Below, piece after piece: positions 18,503 through 28,931 of a stretch of 49,451 nucleotides of DNA. Under the pieces are notes generated by a model. That model saw only the letters and a program-made list of their open reading frames with translations. It had not been told where the DNA came from and did not search any database. The position numbers and the translations under genes were made by a program. The DNA is from Acidimicrobiales bacterium (lineage in GTDB: Bacteria; Actinomycetota; Acidimicrobiia; Acidimicrobiales; Iamiaceae). Every line of letters begins with the position of its first letter. The stretch's first letter is position 1. The stretch covers positions 1 to 49,451 of the forward strand of contig JAAZBK010000399.1 in assembly GCA_012513855.1 (NCBI GenBank), read 5' to 3'.

Positions 18503-19642
18503 GTGGACCTTCTCGAGTACCAAGGCAAGCAGTTCTTCGCGCAGTACGGCATTCCGGTCAGTCCCGGCGAAGCCGTCACCACGGTCGAAGACGCAGTGGC
18601 CGCCGCTGAACGAATCGGTTACCCGGTCGTGGTCAAGGCGCAGGTCCACGTGGGCGGGCGCGGCAAGGCGGGCGGCGTGAAGCTCGCAGCCAACGTCGAC
18701 GAGGTGCGCGAGCACGCCGGCAACATCATCGGCCTCGACATCAAGGGCCACGTCGTCAAGACCATCTGGATCGAGTTCGCCTCCGACATCGCCGAGGAGT
18801 ACTACGCCAGCTTCACCCTCGACCGCTCGGCCAAGAAGCACCTCGGCATGCTGTCGGCCCAGGGTGGCGTGGAGATCGAGACCGTGGCCGAGGAAGATCC
18901 CGACGCCATCGCCAAGATCTGGATCGACCCGGTCGACGGCCTCACCGAGGCAGCCGCCCGCGAGTGGGTTCTGGCCGCCAAGCTCAACCCCGACGCCACC
19001 GACGGTGCCGTCGACATCCTCCTCAAGCTCTACACCGCCTACACCGAGGGCGACGCCGACCTCTGTGAGATCAACCCGTTGATCCTCAAGCCCACCGGCG
19101 AGGTCCACGCGCTCGACGCCAAGGTCACCCTCGACGGCAACGCCCAGTACCGCCACGAGGGCTGGGAGGAGTACGAAGCCACCCAGGTCCGCGACGACCG
19201 CGAGCAGGCCGCCTACGACAAGGGCCTCCAGTACGTCGGCCTCGAGGGCAGCGTCGGCGTGATCGCCAACGGTGCCGGCCTGGCCATGTCCACCGTCGAC
19301 ATCGTGAACCAGGTGGGTGGCAAGCCCGCCAACTTCCTCGACATCGGCGGCGGCGCCAACGCCGAGGTCATGGCCGGAGCGCTGGAGGTCATCAACAACG
19401 ACCCCGACGTGAAGTCCATCTTCATCAACATCTTCGGTGGCATCACCAAGGGCGACGAGGTGGCCAACGGCATCGTCACCGCCCTCGGCCGCGTCAAGAT
19501 CGACGCCCCCATCGTGATCCGCATCGACGGCACCAACGCCGAGGAGGGCCGGGCCATCCTCGCCGAGCACGAGTCCGACATGCTCCAGTCCAAGCCCACC
19601 ATGCTCGAGGCCGCCCGCACCGCGGTCGAGCTCGCCAAGTAA
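18503..19642 (+). CDS. sucC: Succinyl-CoA synthetase beta subunit
   Basis: MDLLEYQGK, KAQVHVGGRGKAGGV, EINPL, NGAGLAM, ANFLDIGGG, NIFGGI. Confidence 0.98.
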   Translation: MDLLEYQGKQFFAQYGIPVSPGEAVTTVEDAVAAAERIGYPVVVKAQVHVGGRGKAGGVKLAANVDEVREHAGNIIGLDIKGHVVKTIWIEFASDIAEEYYASFTLDRSAKKHLGMLSAQGGVEIETVAEEDPDAIAKIWIDPVDGLTEAAAREWVLAAKLNPDATDGAVDILLKLYTAYTEGDADLCEINPLILKPTGEVHALDAKVTLDGNAQYRHEGWEEYEATQVRDDREQAAYDKGLQYVGLEGSVGVIANGAGLAMSTVDIVNQVGGKPANFLDIGGGANAEVMAGALEVINNDPDVKSIFINIFGGITKGDEVANGIVTALGRVKIDAPIVIRIDGTNAEEGRAILAEHESDMLQSKPTMLEAARTAVELAK

Positions 19643-19661
19643 GCCCGGAAGGAAACGACCA

Positions 19662-20546
19662 ATGGCAATTTTTGTCGACGAGAACACGAAGGTCGTGTAC
19701 CAGGGCCTCACCGGCTCCCAGGGCAGCTTCTACGGCCTCCGCAACCGTGACTACGGCACCCAGGTGGTGGCCGGCGTGAACCCCAAGAAGGCCGGCACCG
19801 ACGTGGACGGCATCCCCGTCTACGCCACCGTGGCCGAGGCCAAGGAGGCCACCGGCGCCACCGTGTCGTGCGTCTTCATCCCGGCACCGGGCGTGAAGGC
19901 CGCGGTGCTCGAGGCCGCCGAGGCCGGCATGGACCTGGTGGTCGTGATCACCGAAGGCGTGCCCGCCCAGGACGAGGCGTACTTCTTCAACAAGGTGAAG
20001 CGCGACTTCCCCGGCACCCGCATCCTCGGCCCCAACTGCCCCGGCATCATCAGCCCCGGCAAGGCCAACATCGGCATCACCGCCGGTGAGATCGCCCTGC
20101 CCGGCGGTCCCGTCGGGATCGTGAGCCGCTCCGGCACCCTCACCTACCAGGCGCTGTACGAGCTCAAGCTCCAGGGAATCGGCGTCACCACTTGCGTGGG
20201 CATCGGTGGCGACCCGGTCCCGGGCACGTCGTTCATCGACTGCCTGGAGGCCTTCGAGGCCGACCCCGACACCAAGGCCGTGATGCTCATCGGTGAGATC
20301 GGTGGCTCGGCCGAGGAAGAGGCCGCCGAGTTCATCAAGACCAAGATGACCAAGCCGGTCTCGGCCTACATCGCGGGCGTCACCGCTCCCCCCGGCAAGA
20401 AGATGGGCCACGCCGGCGCCATCGTCTCGGGTGGCAAGGGCACCGCCGCCGCCAAGATGGAGGCCCTCACCGACGCTGGCGTCAAGGTGGGCAACAACCC
20501 CACCGAGGCCGGCGAGCTGATGGTGGAGATCGTCAAGGGCCTCTGA
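19662..20546 (+). CDS. sucD: Succinyl-CoA synthetase alpha subunit
   Basis: QGLTG, GPNCPG, SRSGTLTY, GIGGDP, GEIGG, MGHAGA. Confidence 0.98.
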   Translation: MAIFVDENTKVVYQGLTGSQGSFYGLRNRDYGTQVVAGVNPKKAGTDVDGIPVYATVAEAKEATGATVSCVFIPAPGVKAAVLEAAEAGMDLVVVITEGVPAQDEAYFFNKVKRDFPGTRILGPNCPGIISPGKANIGITAGEIALPGGPVGIVSRSGTLTYQALYELKLQGIGVTTCVGIGGDPVPGTSFIDCLEAFEADPDTKAVMLIGEIGGSAEEEAAEFIKTKMTKPVSAYIAGVTAPPGKKMGHAGAIVSGGKGTAAAKMEALTDAGVKVGNNPTEAGELMVEIVKGL

Positions 20547-20575
20547 CGCCCCGACCTCCGTCCCGGACCAACTGA

Positions 20576-20608
20576 CGCAGCCGGAGCGCGCCCAGCGCTC
20601 CGGCTGCG
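20576..20608 (+). terminator. Intrinsic terminator-like hairpin after sucD
   Basis: cgcagccggagcgc-gccca-gcgctccggctgcg, perfect 14-bp stem. Confidence 0.8.
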
Positions 20609-20652
20609 CTCGTTGCGTGGCGATCCGCTGGATTCACCTACTCTGCGTGGCC

Positions 20653-21834
20653 ATGAGGTTCTTCCCCGACCGGGCGATGGCGCTGGCGCCCGCCACCATC
20701 AACGACTACCGCGAGCTGGCCCGGCGACGCCTGCCCCGCCAGCTGTTCGACTACATCGACGGCGGGGCCTACGACGAGACCACCATGCGGGCCAACATCA
20801 GCGACCTACAGGCGGTGAAGCTCCGCCAGCGGGTGATGAAGGACGTCGAGGTCCGCAACCAGTCCACCACCGTTCTGGGTCAGGAGCTGTCGACGCCGGT
20901 GATCCTCGCCCCGGTGGGCATGGGTGGGATGTACGCGCCCCGCGCCGAGGTATCGGCCATCCGGGCGGCCACGCGGGTCGGCGTCCCGTTCGTCGAGTCG
21001 ACGGTCTCGATCTGCAGCCTCGAGGAGGTGTCGGCCGCGTCGAGCCGTCCGCCGTGGTACCAGCTGTACGTCATGAAGGACCGCTCGTTCGGCGAGGGTC
21101 TGCTCCAGCGGGCCGCCGACGTCGGCGCTCCGGTGGTGGTCCTCACCGTCGACCTCCCGGTGATCGGCGCTCGGCACCGGGACACCCGCAACGCCATGAC
21201 CGGTGAGGCGGTGGGTTGGGTGAAGGCGCTCCGCGGCCTCGACCTCGCAGCCCACCCCCGCTGGATCAAAGACGTCGTGCTGGGCGGCAAGCCGCTCATC
21301 TTCGGCAACCTGGAGACGGCGGTGCCCGGGGCCAAGACGCCCATCGCCTTCCGCCGCTGGGTCGACAAGCAGTTCGACCCCAGCGTCACCTGGGACGACA
21401 TCGCCTGGGTGCGGGAGCACTGGGACGGCAAGCTGCTGGTCAAGGGCATCCTCGACGTGGAGGACGCCCGGCAGGCGGCCGACGCGGGGGTCGACGGCCT
21501 GGTGGTGTCGAACCACGGGGGCCGTCAGCTCGACGCGGTGCCGTCGTCGGTCGCCGCGCTGCCCGACATCGCCGCCGCGGTGGCGGACCGGGTGGAGGTC
21601 CTGGTCGACGGCGGCATCCGAACCGGGCTCGACGTCGTCAAGATGCTGGCGCTCGGGGCCAGGGCCGTGATGGTCGGCCGGGCGTGGGCGTGGGCGGTGG
21701 CCGGTCGTGGTGAGGCAGGGGTCGAGCACATGCTGCGGGTGCTCATGTCCGACATCGACACCGCGCTGGGGCTCACCGGCAGCAACGACGTCGCCGACCT
21801 CGACCGTTCCGTCCTGGTGAACCGCGGGGCCTGA
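20653..21834 (+). CDS. lldD: FMN-dependent L-lactate / alpha-hydroxy acid dehydrogenase
   Basis: FDYIDGGA, LAPVG, QLYV, TVDLP, KGIL, SNHGGRQLD, DGGIRTGLD; TACTCT 8 nt before ATG 20653. Confidence 0.88.
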   Translation: MRFFPDRAMALAPATINDYRELARRRLPRQLFDYIDGGAYDETTMRANISDLQAVKLRQRVMKDVEVRNQSTTVLGQELSTPVILAPVGMGGMYAPRAEVSAIRAATRVGVPFVESTVSICSLEEVSAASSRPPWYQLYVMKDRSFGEGLLQRAADVGAPVVVLTVDLPVIGARHRDTRNAMTGEAVGWVKALRGLDLAAHPRWIKDVVLGGKPLIFGNLETAVPGAKTPIAFRRWVDKQFDPSVTWDDIAWVREHWDGKLLVKGILDVEDARQAADAGVDGLVVSNHGGRQLDAVPSSVAALPDIAAAVADRVEVLVDGGIRTGLDVVKMLALGARAVMVGRAWAWAVAGRGEAGVEHMLRVLMSDIDTALGLTGSNDVADLDRSVLVNRGA

Positions 21835-21844
21835 GACCGCCAGG

Positions 21845-22525
21845 TCAGCGGCGGCTCTCGTCGACCCGCCGGATCGCCTGGTCGAGGCCGTGGTGGTGGC
21901 CGATGGGGGTGGCCGGATCGACGAGGATCACGTCGACGAGTCCGGCGTCGATGGCGCCGGGGTCGGCGCGGGCGTCGTCGCCCACCATGATCGCCCGGTT
22001 CGGCTCCACGCCGAGCTGGCGGCAGGCCTCCTGGAAGATGGCGACATCGGGCTTGGCGACGCCGCACTCGTAGGACAGCGTGAACGACCGGATCCAGGCG
22101 TCGTAGCCGCGCACCTCGAACGGGGTCCGCACGTTCCAACCGGTGTTGCTCACCACCCCCACCGCCACCCCGCGCACGTGGAGGCCGCCCAGGACCGATT
22201 CGGTGTCGGCGTAGGGCATCCACGCCCAGGGATCGTGGAAGCTGCTGTCGAGCGCCGTGCCGATGCCCGGCACCACCCGGTCGGCGAGCCCGTAGAGGAT
22301 CGGCCACCGGGTGCGCCACACCTCCCCGTCGAGGTCCCGGCCCCGGGCTACCTCGGCGGGGTCCATCGCCGCGGCATCGATCTCCAGCCAGAGGTCGACT
22401 GCTTCCTCTTCGGTCAGGTCGTGGCCGAGAGCGGCGGCTTCGGCGCGAACGACCTCGGGTCCGGGCGCGTGGGCGAAGAGCGTGTGGCCGAAGTCGAACA
22501 GCACTGCGTCGATCGGGAGGCTCAC
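21845..22525 (-). CDS. HAD-superfamily hydrolase
   Basis: FDFGHTL, VVSN, KPD, MVGDDARAD. Confidence 0.88.
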   Translation of the reverse strand: MSLPIDAVLFDFGHTLFAHAPGPEVVRAEAAALGHDLTEEEAVDLWLEIDAAAMDPAEVARGRDLDGEVWRTRWPILYGLADRVVPGIGTALDSSFHDPWAWMPYADTESVLGGLHVRGVAVGVVSNTGWNVRTPFEVRGYDAWIRSFTLSYECGVAKPDVAIFQEACRQLGVEPNRAIMVGDDARADPGAIDAGLVDVILVDPATPIGHHHGLDQAIRRVDESRR

Positions 22526-23256
22526 GCCGGTTCGTCCAGTTCCGACTCGCCGCCGGACACCGCCTTGAACGTGGCCGCGACCTCGGCCAGGTCCTGGACG
22601 AAGTCGGTGTAGAGCCCATCGAGACCCTTGGCCAGAGCCTGCTCCATGTGCTTGCGGCGCTGGGCGATGGACCCGAAGGCCAGCAGCCCGCGGCTGTGAC
22701 AGGCCTCTACGAGGGTCGGCGTCCAGCGCGACCAGTGCGTGTTCTGGGCGTCGATGCGGGACCGGACGAGCAGGTCCATGTGGTGCTCGTAGCCGATCGT
22801 GCGACGGTCCAGCTCGGGGAGCCTGGTCTCGTGCATCAGCCGGACCGCTTCGCTGGCCTGGCGGATGTGTTGGAGCGTGTAGATGCTGTCGTGCACCAGC
22901 CAGAGACGCTCGGTGGCCCCCGCCCGGTCGGCCACCGCGAGCGTGGCCGGCACCGCGGCGGGGTCCTTGACGTCGATGGAGAGCTCGAAGTCGGTCCCGA
23001 GCTCGCGGTAGAGCTCGTCGAGGGTGATCACCCCGTAGCCGGCGAGCTTGGCGGCTGTGAGCCGGCGGACCCGTCGGGGGAAGAACCTGTCGCCCCGGAC
23101 GTAGGGGTCGTGGACCAACACGGCCACCCCGTCGATGGAGAGCCGGACATCGGACTCCAACGACAGTCCCAGGTCGAGTGCCCGGGCCATGGCGGCGATC
23201 GAGTTCTCGGGATGGTCGTGGTCGGTGCCGCCCCGGTGGGCGAATAGGAGGACCAT
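22522..23256 (-). CDS. Glycerophosphodiester phosphodiesterase family protein
   Basis: FAHRGG, PENSIAA, ESDVRL, VHD, IDVK, DGLYTD; overlaps the HAD gene start. Confidence 0.9.
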   Translation of the reverse strand: MVLLFAHRGGTDHDHPENSIAAMARALDLGLSLESDVRLSIDGVAVLVHDPYVRGDRFFPRRVRRLTAAKLAGYGVITLDELYRELGTDFELSIDVKDPAAVPATLAVADRAGATERLWLVHDSIYTLQHIRQASEAVRLMHETRLPELDRRTIGYEHHMDLLVRSRIDAQNTHWSRWTPTLVEACHSRGLLAFGSIAQRRKHMEQALAKGLDGLYTDFVQDLAEVAATFKAVSGGESELDEPA

Positions 23257-23316
23257 CCCGTCATCGTCTCACGCCGAAGTGGTCCACCGGCGGGACGACA
23301 CTAATGTCGTTCGACC

Positions 23317-24864
23317 GTGGCGAGCCTTGATCCTGTTCGTGCCGCACTGCGTCCAACCTGGGCGTTCGTGGCGGTCGTCGCCACCCTGGCGCTGTTCGTT
23401 CGGGTGCCGAGCTACGTGCACGAGCTGTTCGATCCCGACGAGGCGGCCATCGCGTCGCAGGCGATCACCATCCGCGAGGGCGGCATCCTCTACGTCGACG
23501 CGATCGACCGGAAGCCTCCGCTCCCGCCGTTCCTGTACGAGCTGTCCTTCCGCCTGACGGGGTCGACCGACCTCCGGCCGATGCACCTGCTGGCCGCAAC
23601 CGGCCTGGCCGGGGCAGGGATCGTCCTCGGCCTCGACGCCCGGCGGCGACACGGCGCCCGGGCGGGGTGGTGGGCGGCCCTGTTGGCGGTGGCCGGAGCG
23701 GTGGCCTTCTTCCCGGTCGACGCCCAGGCGGCCAACTACGCGCACCTCGCGCTCTTCCCGGGAGCGGCCGCAGTGGTGTGGGCCCGGAGGGGGACGGTGG
23801 CGGCCTCGGCGGCGGCCGGGATGGCGTTGGGAGTGGCCATCTTGTGCCGTCAGTCCTGGCTCGCCGGGGTCATCCCCGGTCTGGTCGCGGCCTGGTGGCC
23901 GTCGGTCCCCGGTGCCACGGGTGCCGAACGGGCCGACCGGCGGTCGTCGGCGTTGAGCGCTGGCGCCTTCGGTGCTGCGACCGCGGCCACCGTGGCCGCC
24001 GCGGGCCTGATCGTTCCGTTCTCGGACTTCTGGTCGTGGACGTTCTCGGGCACCGGTGGCTACGTGCTGTCGGAGGTCGAGGTGGGGCCGACCCTCGGTC
24101 GGTTCGCGGCGACCGTCGGACTGTTCGTGGCCTTCCACGTCACGCTGGTGGCCGCGGCCATGGCTTCGGGATGGGCTCGCTGGCAGGACCGCAGCGGTTG
24201 GCGGGACGATCTCGACCTCTGGCTCTGGCTGGGCGCGGGGTGCGCCGCGGTGGTGGCGGGCTTCCGGTTCTTCGGTCACTACTGGCTGCAGGTGATCCCC
24301 CCGGCGGTGGTCCTGGCCGCGCCGGTGGTGGCGGGCCTGGACGTGAGGCGACGGGCGTGGGCGCTGGCCGGAACCGTGGCACCGGGGGCTCTGGCTGTCA
24401 TGTTCGCGTTCACCCCGGCGACGTTCCGGGACCTGCCCGACCCCGACCCGGTGGCGACCTTCGTGCGAGCCAACACCGACCCCGGTGACGCGGTGCTGAT
24501 CTGGGGGAACTTCCCCGAGGTGCACTGGACCGCGGATCGGCCGCCGGGTGGTGCCCTGGTGCACAGCGACTTCGTGACCGGCCGTTCCGGTGGTCGCGAC
24601 GCGGGCGCCGAGACCATCGACGAGGCCACTCCGGGAGCGCTCGATGCCCTACTGCGGGCGGCTCGCCGGAACCCGCCCCGACTGGTGCTCGACACATCGG
24701 TGGCGGGCCTCCGCGACTATGACGCCTACCCGCTGCGCAACTTCCCGCGGATGCACCGCTTCGTGATCGAGCACTACGAGCTGACGACGCAGATCGCGGG
24801 CATCGATGTCTGGACCCGCATCCCCGGTTCGGGCCTGGAGGGCGAGGCCGAGGAGGCGGGCTGA
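23317..24864 (+). CDS. GT-C fold membrane glycosyltransferase (ArnT/GT39-like)
   Basis: DPDEA first loop, LYVDAIDRKPP, many TM helices, FFGHYWLQ. Confidence 0.82.
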   Translation: MASLDPVRAALRPTWAFVAVVATLALFVRVPSYVHELFDPDEAAIASQAITIREGGILYVDAIDRKPPLPPFLYELSFRLTGSTDLRPMHLLAATGLAGAGIVLGLDARRRHGARAGWWAALLAVAGAVAFFPVDAQAANYAHLALFPGAAAVVWARRGTVAASAAAGMALGVAILCRQSWLAGVIPGLVAAWWPSVPGATGAERADRRSSALSAGAFGAATAATVAAAGLIVPFSDFWSWTFSGTGGYVLSEVEVGPTLGRFAATVGLFVAFHVTLVAAAMASGWARWQDRSGWRDDLDLWLWLGAGCAAVVAGFRFFGHYWLQVIPPAVVLAAPVVAGLDVRRRAWALAGTVAPGALAVMFAFTPATFRDLPDPDPVATFVRANTDPGDAVLIWGNFPEVHWTADRPPGGALVHSDFVTGRSGGRDAGAETIDEATPGALDALLRAARRNPPRLVLDTSVAGLRDYDAYPLRNFPRMHRFVIEHYELTTQIAGIDVWTRIPGSGLEGEAEEAG

Positions 24865-24868
24865 ACGC

Positions 24869-24901
24869 GCCGGTGCCCGCCCCCAGGGGGCGGGCACCGG
24901 C
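24869..24901. terminator. Bidirectional terminator-like hairpin between convergent genes
   Basis: gccggtgcccgcccc-cag-ggggcgggcaccggc, perfect 15-bp stem. Confidence 0.8.
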
Positions 24902-24923
24902 TTCGATCAGTGTTGACCGGGGG

Positions 24924-25436
24924 TCAGAACGGGCTGGGCGGCGTGCTGCCGGGCCCCTGGCCGACGGAGGACGATCCGCCGGGTTCGATCCCCATGTGCT
25001 CCATGAGGGCGCCGGCCGCGTAGGCCAGGGTGCCGAGGAGCATGAGCCAGTAGCCGAAGCCCTTGTTCTCGTTGGCGAACAGGTAGCCGATCATGATCAC
25101 GACCGAGGCGAACGACAGGATGAAGGTCCACTGGGTCCAGGTGAACCCGAGGATGTTCTCGGGCAGCTTCACGCCGCCGAAGAGGACGGCAGCGGTGCCG
25201 CCGGCCACGATCAGGCCGAAGATGGCCGGCCAGGTGGCGAGCGGGAACAGGTTGGCGTCGGTGCTCCAGGCGCTGAAGGTTCGCTTGCCGACGCCGAAGT
25301 CGATCGACACGAACGCGAAGAAGCTGAAGATCAGGGTCACGGCTCCGCCGGCCAGCATCGCAATCTGACTGGGCTTGAGTGAGGAGTTCACTGAGGTACC
25401 GCCTTCCGCGGGGACTTCGTCGGGATCGCTGGCCAC
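24924..25436 (-). CDS. Small four-TM membrane protein (possibly DUF5336-like)
   Basis: Four hydrophobic segments and a Pro/Gly tail; lies between sucD and purN. Confidence 0.7.
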   Translation of the reverse strand: MASDPDEVPAEGGTSVNSSLKPSQIAMLAGGAVTLIFSFFAFVSIDFGVGKRTFSAWSTDANLFPLATWPAIFGLIVAGGTAAVLFGGVKLPENILGFTWTQWTFILSFASVVIMIGYLFANENKGFGYWLMLLGTLAYAAGALMEHMGIEPGGSSSVGQGPGSTPPSPF

Positions 25437-25573
25437 GGTAGTTCACTCTGCGCGCGCTGTCGGCGGATGGTCGCTCATGGCGCGCGATGTGGAGCCGCAG
25501 GTAGAGGTCATCTCGGGGCCTGATCTCGGCGTGTTTGGGGCCGATGGCATCGCGGTCGGTAACGTCGGCCCAC

Positions 25574-26140
25574 GTGCGCACAGCGGTGTTGGTGTCGGGT
25601 ACGGGGACCATCCTCGACGCCATGGTCGGAGCCGGCGTACCGGTGGCCCTGGTGGTGGCCGACCGGCGGTGCGGCGGCCTGGAACGAGCCACCGGGCGGG
25701 GGATCCCGGCGGTGCTGGTCGAGCGGCCCGGGTTCGGCACCGACTTCGACCGCGACGGCTATTCGCAGCAGCTAGCAACCACCCTCCGTGACCACGAGAT
25801 CGACCTGGTGGTGATGGCCGGGTTCGGGACGATCCTGAGCGAGCCGATGCACGAGGCCTTTCCTGAACGGATCCTGAACACCCATCCGGCGTTGCTCCCC
25901 TCGTTCAAGGGGTGGCACGCGGTGCGCGACGCCCTCGCCCACGGCGTGAAGGTCACCGGCTGCACCGTCCACGTGGCCGGCCTCGACGTCGACACCGGGC
26001 CGATCCTGGCCCAGGAAGCCGTCAGGGTCCTGCCCGACGACACCGAGTCGACCCTCCACGAACGGATCAAGGAGGTCGAGCGGCGCATCTACCCCGAGAC
26101 CGTCCTGGCCATCCTCGAACGAGGGGCGGTCCTGACGTGA
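25574..26140 (+). CDS. purN: Phosphoribosylglycinamide formyltransferase
   Basis: VLVSGTGT, MAGF, NTHPALLPSF, GVKVTGCTVH, VDTGPI, LHERIK. Confidence 0.96.
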   Translation: MRTAVLVSGTGTILDAMVGAGVPVALVVADRRCGGLERATGRGIPAVLVERPGFGTDFDRDGYSQQLATTLRDHEIDLVVMAGFGTILSEPMHEAFPERILNTHPALLPSFKGWHAVRDALAHGVKVTGCTVHVAGLDVDTGPILAQEAVRVLPDDTESTLHERIKEVERRIYPETVLAILERGAVLT

Positions 26141-26207
26141 CCGCCCGCTGCTCGCCCGCCACGTCCGTGGCCGCACCTCACCCCGAAACCCGAAGGGATC
26201 CTCTGCC

Positions 26208-27764
26208 ATGAGGGCACTGTTCTCCGTCTACGACAAGACCGGAATCGTCGAACTGGCCTCCGGCCTGGCCGGCCTGGGTTGGGACCTCGTGTCCAGCGGC
26301 GGCACCGCTGCGGCGATGCGCGAGGCCGGGTTGAGCGTGACAGACACCGAGACGCTCACCGGGTTCCCTGCCATCCTCGGTCACCGGGTGATGACGCTGC
26401 ACCCCAAGCTGCACGGCGGGATCCTGGCCGATCGGACCAAGGCCGACCACGTCTCCGACATGCAGGAGCACGGAATCGAGCCGATCGACCTCGTGGTCAC
26501 CAACCTCTACCCGTTCGGCACCGATCCGGCGGCCTTCACCCATGGCGGCGGCACCGCCGAGGACCTGATCGACATCGGCGGTCCGGCCATGACCCGTGCC
26601 GCAGCCAAGAACCACGCCCAGGTCGGCGTGGTGGTCGACCCGGCCGAGTACCCCGCCGTGCTCGACGAGATCCGGACGAACGGTTCGCTCTCGGCCGAAA
26701 CCCGCCGGCGCCTGGCCCGCACCGCCTTCGCCCACACCGCGGCCTACGACGCCGCGGTGGTCGCCTGGTTCGACGACGAAGCCGACGACCTCCTACCGCC
26801 CACGCTCCACGTGGCCGCGGTGCGCGAGGAGCGCACGCTCCGCTACGGCGAGAACCCCCACCAGGCCTCCGCCCTCTACCGATCGCGTGGTGCCGACCCG
26901 TGGTGGGCCACCGCCACCCAGCACGGGGGCATGGCCCTCAGCTACCTCAACCTCTACGACGCCGACGCGGCGTGGATCCTGGCCCACGACCTCGGCTCGG
27001 CCGGCGGCACGTTGAACCCGGCCCGGCCCGCCGTCGCCATCATCAAGCACGCCAACCCGTGCGGCGCCGCGATAGCCGGATCCCTGGCCGACGCCTACCA
27101 GAAGGCGTTCGAGTGCGATCCCCGCTCGGCCTTCGGCGGGATCGTGGCGCTGAACCAGCCGGTCGACGACGCCACCGTGGAGGAGATGGTCGCGGCCGCT
27201 CAGGCCGACGTGGTGATCGCCCCCGGCTACGGCCCCGGCGTGATCGAACGGCTCCAGGCCAAGCGCAAGAACACCCGTCTGCTCGAGGCCGTGCCTCCCA
27301 CGCCTGCCACCCGCCACCTCCGTCCCATCTCGGGCGGTTGGCTCGTGCAGGAGCCCCACCGCCTGGTGACGCCGGCCTCCGATTGGAAGGTGGTCACCGA
27401 GCGCAAGCCCACCGACGCCGAGATGGCCGACGCCGCGCTGGCGTTTCGCATCTGCGCCGCGGTCACGTCGAACTCCATCGTCCTGGCGAAGGACGGCGTG
27501 GCCTGGGGGATCGGCGCCGGTCAGCAGAACAGGGTGGAAGCGGGCCAGATCGCCGCCGAGAAGGCCGCCGGCCGTGCCGCCGGCGGCGCCTGCGCCAGCG
27601 ACGCGTTCTACCCGTTCCCCGACGGCATCGAGGCCGCGGCGGCTGCTGGGGTGGCCGTGATCGTCCAGCCCGGCGGCAGCGTGAAGGACGAGGCCAACAT
27701 CGCCCGGGCGAACGAGTTGGGCGTGGCCATGGTCTTCACCGGCGAGCGCCAGTTCAAGCACTAG
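26208..27764 (+). CDS. purH: AICAR formyltransferase / IMP cyclohydrolase
   Basis: RALFSVYDK, SSGGT, TLHP, IDIGG, LRYGENPHQ, KHANPCG, ASDAFYPF, QPGGS. Confidence 0.97.
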   Translation: MRALFSVYDKTGIVELASGLAGLGWDLVSSGGTAAAMREAGLSVTDTETLTGFPAILGHRVMTLHPKLHGGILADRTKADHVSDMQEHGIEPIDLVVTNLYPFGTDPAAFTHGGGTAEDLIDIGGPAMTRAAAKNHAQVGVVVDPAEYPAVLDEIRTNGSLSAETRRRLARTAFAHTAAYDAAVVAWFDDEADDLLPPTLHVAAVREERTLRYGENPHQASALYRSRGADPWWATATQHGGMALSYLNLYDADAAWILAHDLGSAGGTLNPARPAVAIIKHANPCGAAIAGSLADAYQKAFECDPRSAFGGIVALNQPVDDATVEEMVAAAQADVVIAPGYGPGVIERLQAKRKNTRLLEAVPPTPATRHLRPISGGWLVQEPHRLVTPASDWKVVTERKPTDAEMADAALAFRICAAVTSNSIVLAKDGVAWGIGAGQQNRVEAGQIAAEKAAGRAAGGACASDAFYPFPDGIEAAAAAGVAVIVQPGGSVKDEANIARANELGVAMVFTGERQFKH

Positions 27765-27872
27765 GCGTCGCCGCACTGCGTGCGCAGCCCGCGTGCGCGA
27801 TCGGTCAACTGGCTATGGTCTCGAATCGTCCGGGCGACCGAGCGCTCGGCCATCGACGTCCAGGGGGCCGTC

Positions 27873-28784
27873 TTGTCGAAGTCTTCGTTGCGCCGTGCCG
27901 CGCTCGCCCTCGTGGCGCTCTCACTGGTCGCCGGCCTCGCGGCGTGCCGCACGATGCCGGCCTCCGGTCGGTACTCGACCGCTCTGTACACCGACAGCCA
28001 GCTCACGACGGTGAGCGGCGTCACGTACGCGACTGCGGAGACCTACGTCGGATCGATGGTCGACCTTGCGCTCGACCTCTACCTTCCGCCGGCCGACGAC
28101 GGCCCTGAGCTCCGTCCGATGGTCATCGCCATCCACGGCGGCGGCTTCACCTCGGGCAGCCGGTCCAACATGGCGGGAACGGCCCGGAGCTATGCCCGTC
28201 GAGGGTTCGTGGCGGCCACCATCAGCTACCGGCTCGATCCCGGCGCCAGCCCGACGAACCTGGCTCGCTACCTCAACGCGATCCTCGACGGCATCGATGA
28301 CGGCATGGAGTCCGTACGTTGGGCGCGCTCGGTGGCATCGACCTACGACATCGACACCACCCGCATCGCCATGGTCGGGAGCTCCGCTGGTGGCGTCATA
28401 GCCATGGGTACAGCGGTGATGGACGATCCCACGCCCGGAGGTCCCCTGGCGGGCTACTCGCCGAAGATCGGCTCCGCGGTCTCGACCGGCGTGAACCTCA
28501 CCCTCGGCTTCGACTACGGGATCATCTCGATCACCCCCGACGACGCGCCGATCCACATGTTCCACTACTCGACCGACACGGTCACCGGCGACACGTTCGA
28601 CACCGCCTTCGAGACCTGCGTGCACGTGAGCCAGGGAGGCGCAGAGTGCTCCCTGGTCCACAACGAGGGCATCGGTCACACCGTGAGCCTCAGCGCCGAA
28701 GCCGACCACTGGCCGTCCCAGATCGGCCCGCACCTGTGGGACGACCTCGACCTCTACTCCCTGGTGCCGTCTGACCAGCCCTGA
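27873..28784 (+). CDS. Lipoprotein alpha/beta hydrolase (HSL-like esterase)
   Basis: Signal peptide with LAAC lipobox; HGGGF, ISYRL, GSSAGG nucleophile motif, C-terminal GH. TTG start inferred. Confidence 0.85.
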   Translation: MSKSSLRRAALALVALSLVAGLAACRTMPASGRYSTALYTDSQLTTVSGVTYATAETYVGSMVDLALDLYLPPADDGPELRPMVIAIHGGGFTSGSRSNMAGTARSYARRGFVAATISYRLDPGASPTNLARYLNAILDGIDDGMESVRWARSVASTYDIDTTRIAMVGSSAGGVIAMGTAVMDDPTPGGPLAGYSPKIGSAVSTGVNLTLGFDYGIISITPDDAPIHMFHYSTDTVTGDTFDTAFETCVHVSQGGAECSLVHNEGIGHTVSLSAEADHWPSQIGPHLWDDLDLYSLVPSDQP

Positions 28785-28931
28785 GCGCCGATCGCCGTCA
28801 GGTCTCTCCCGGCTTCCGGATCAGCCGCTCAGAGCGTCGTCGACGCCGGTCTCACGTTCACCGAGGTACTTCGGACCGGGATCGAGGACCACGTCGATCA
28901 CGGCCTTGACCGACGCGGGCACCGGCGAAGC

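Noticed and set aside
26141-26207. ZMP/ZTP (pfl) riboswitch before purH; also checked before folD (30124-30215)
   Set aside because: The conserved GACUGGCG / CGCCUGGG elements were not found by eye; an Rfam scan would be decisive.
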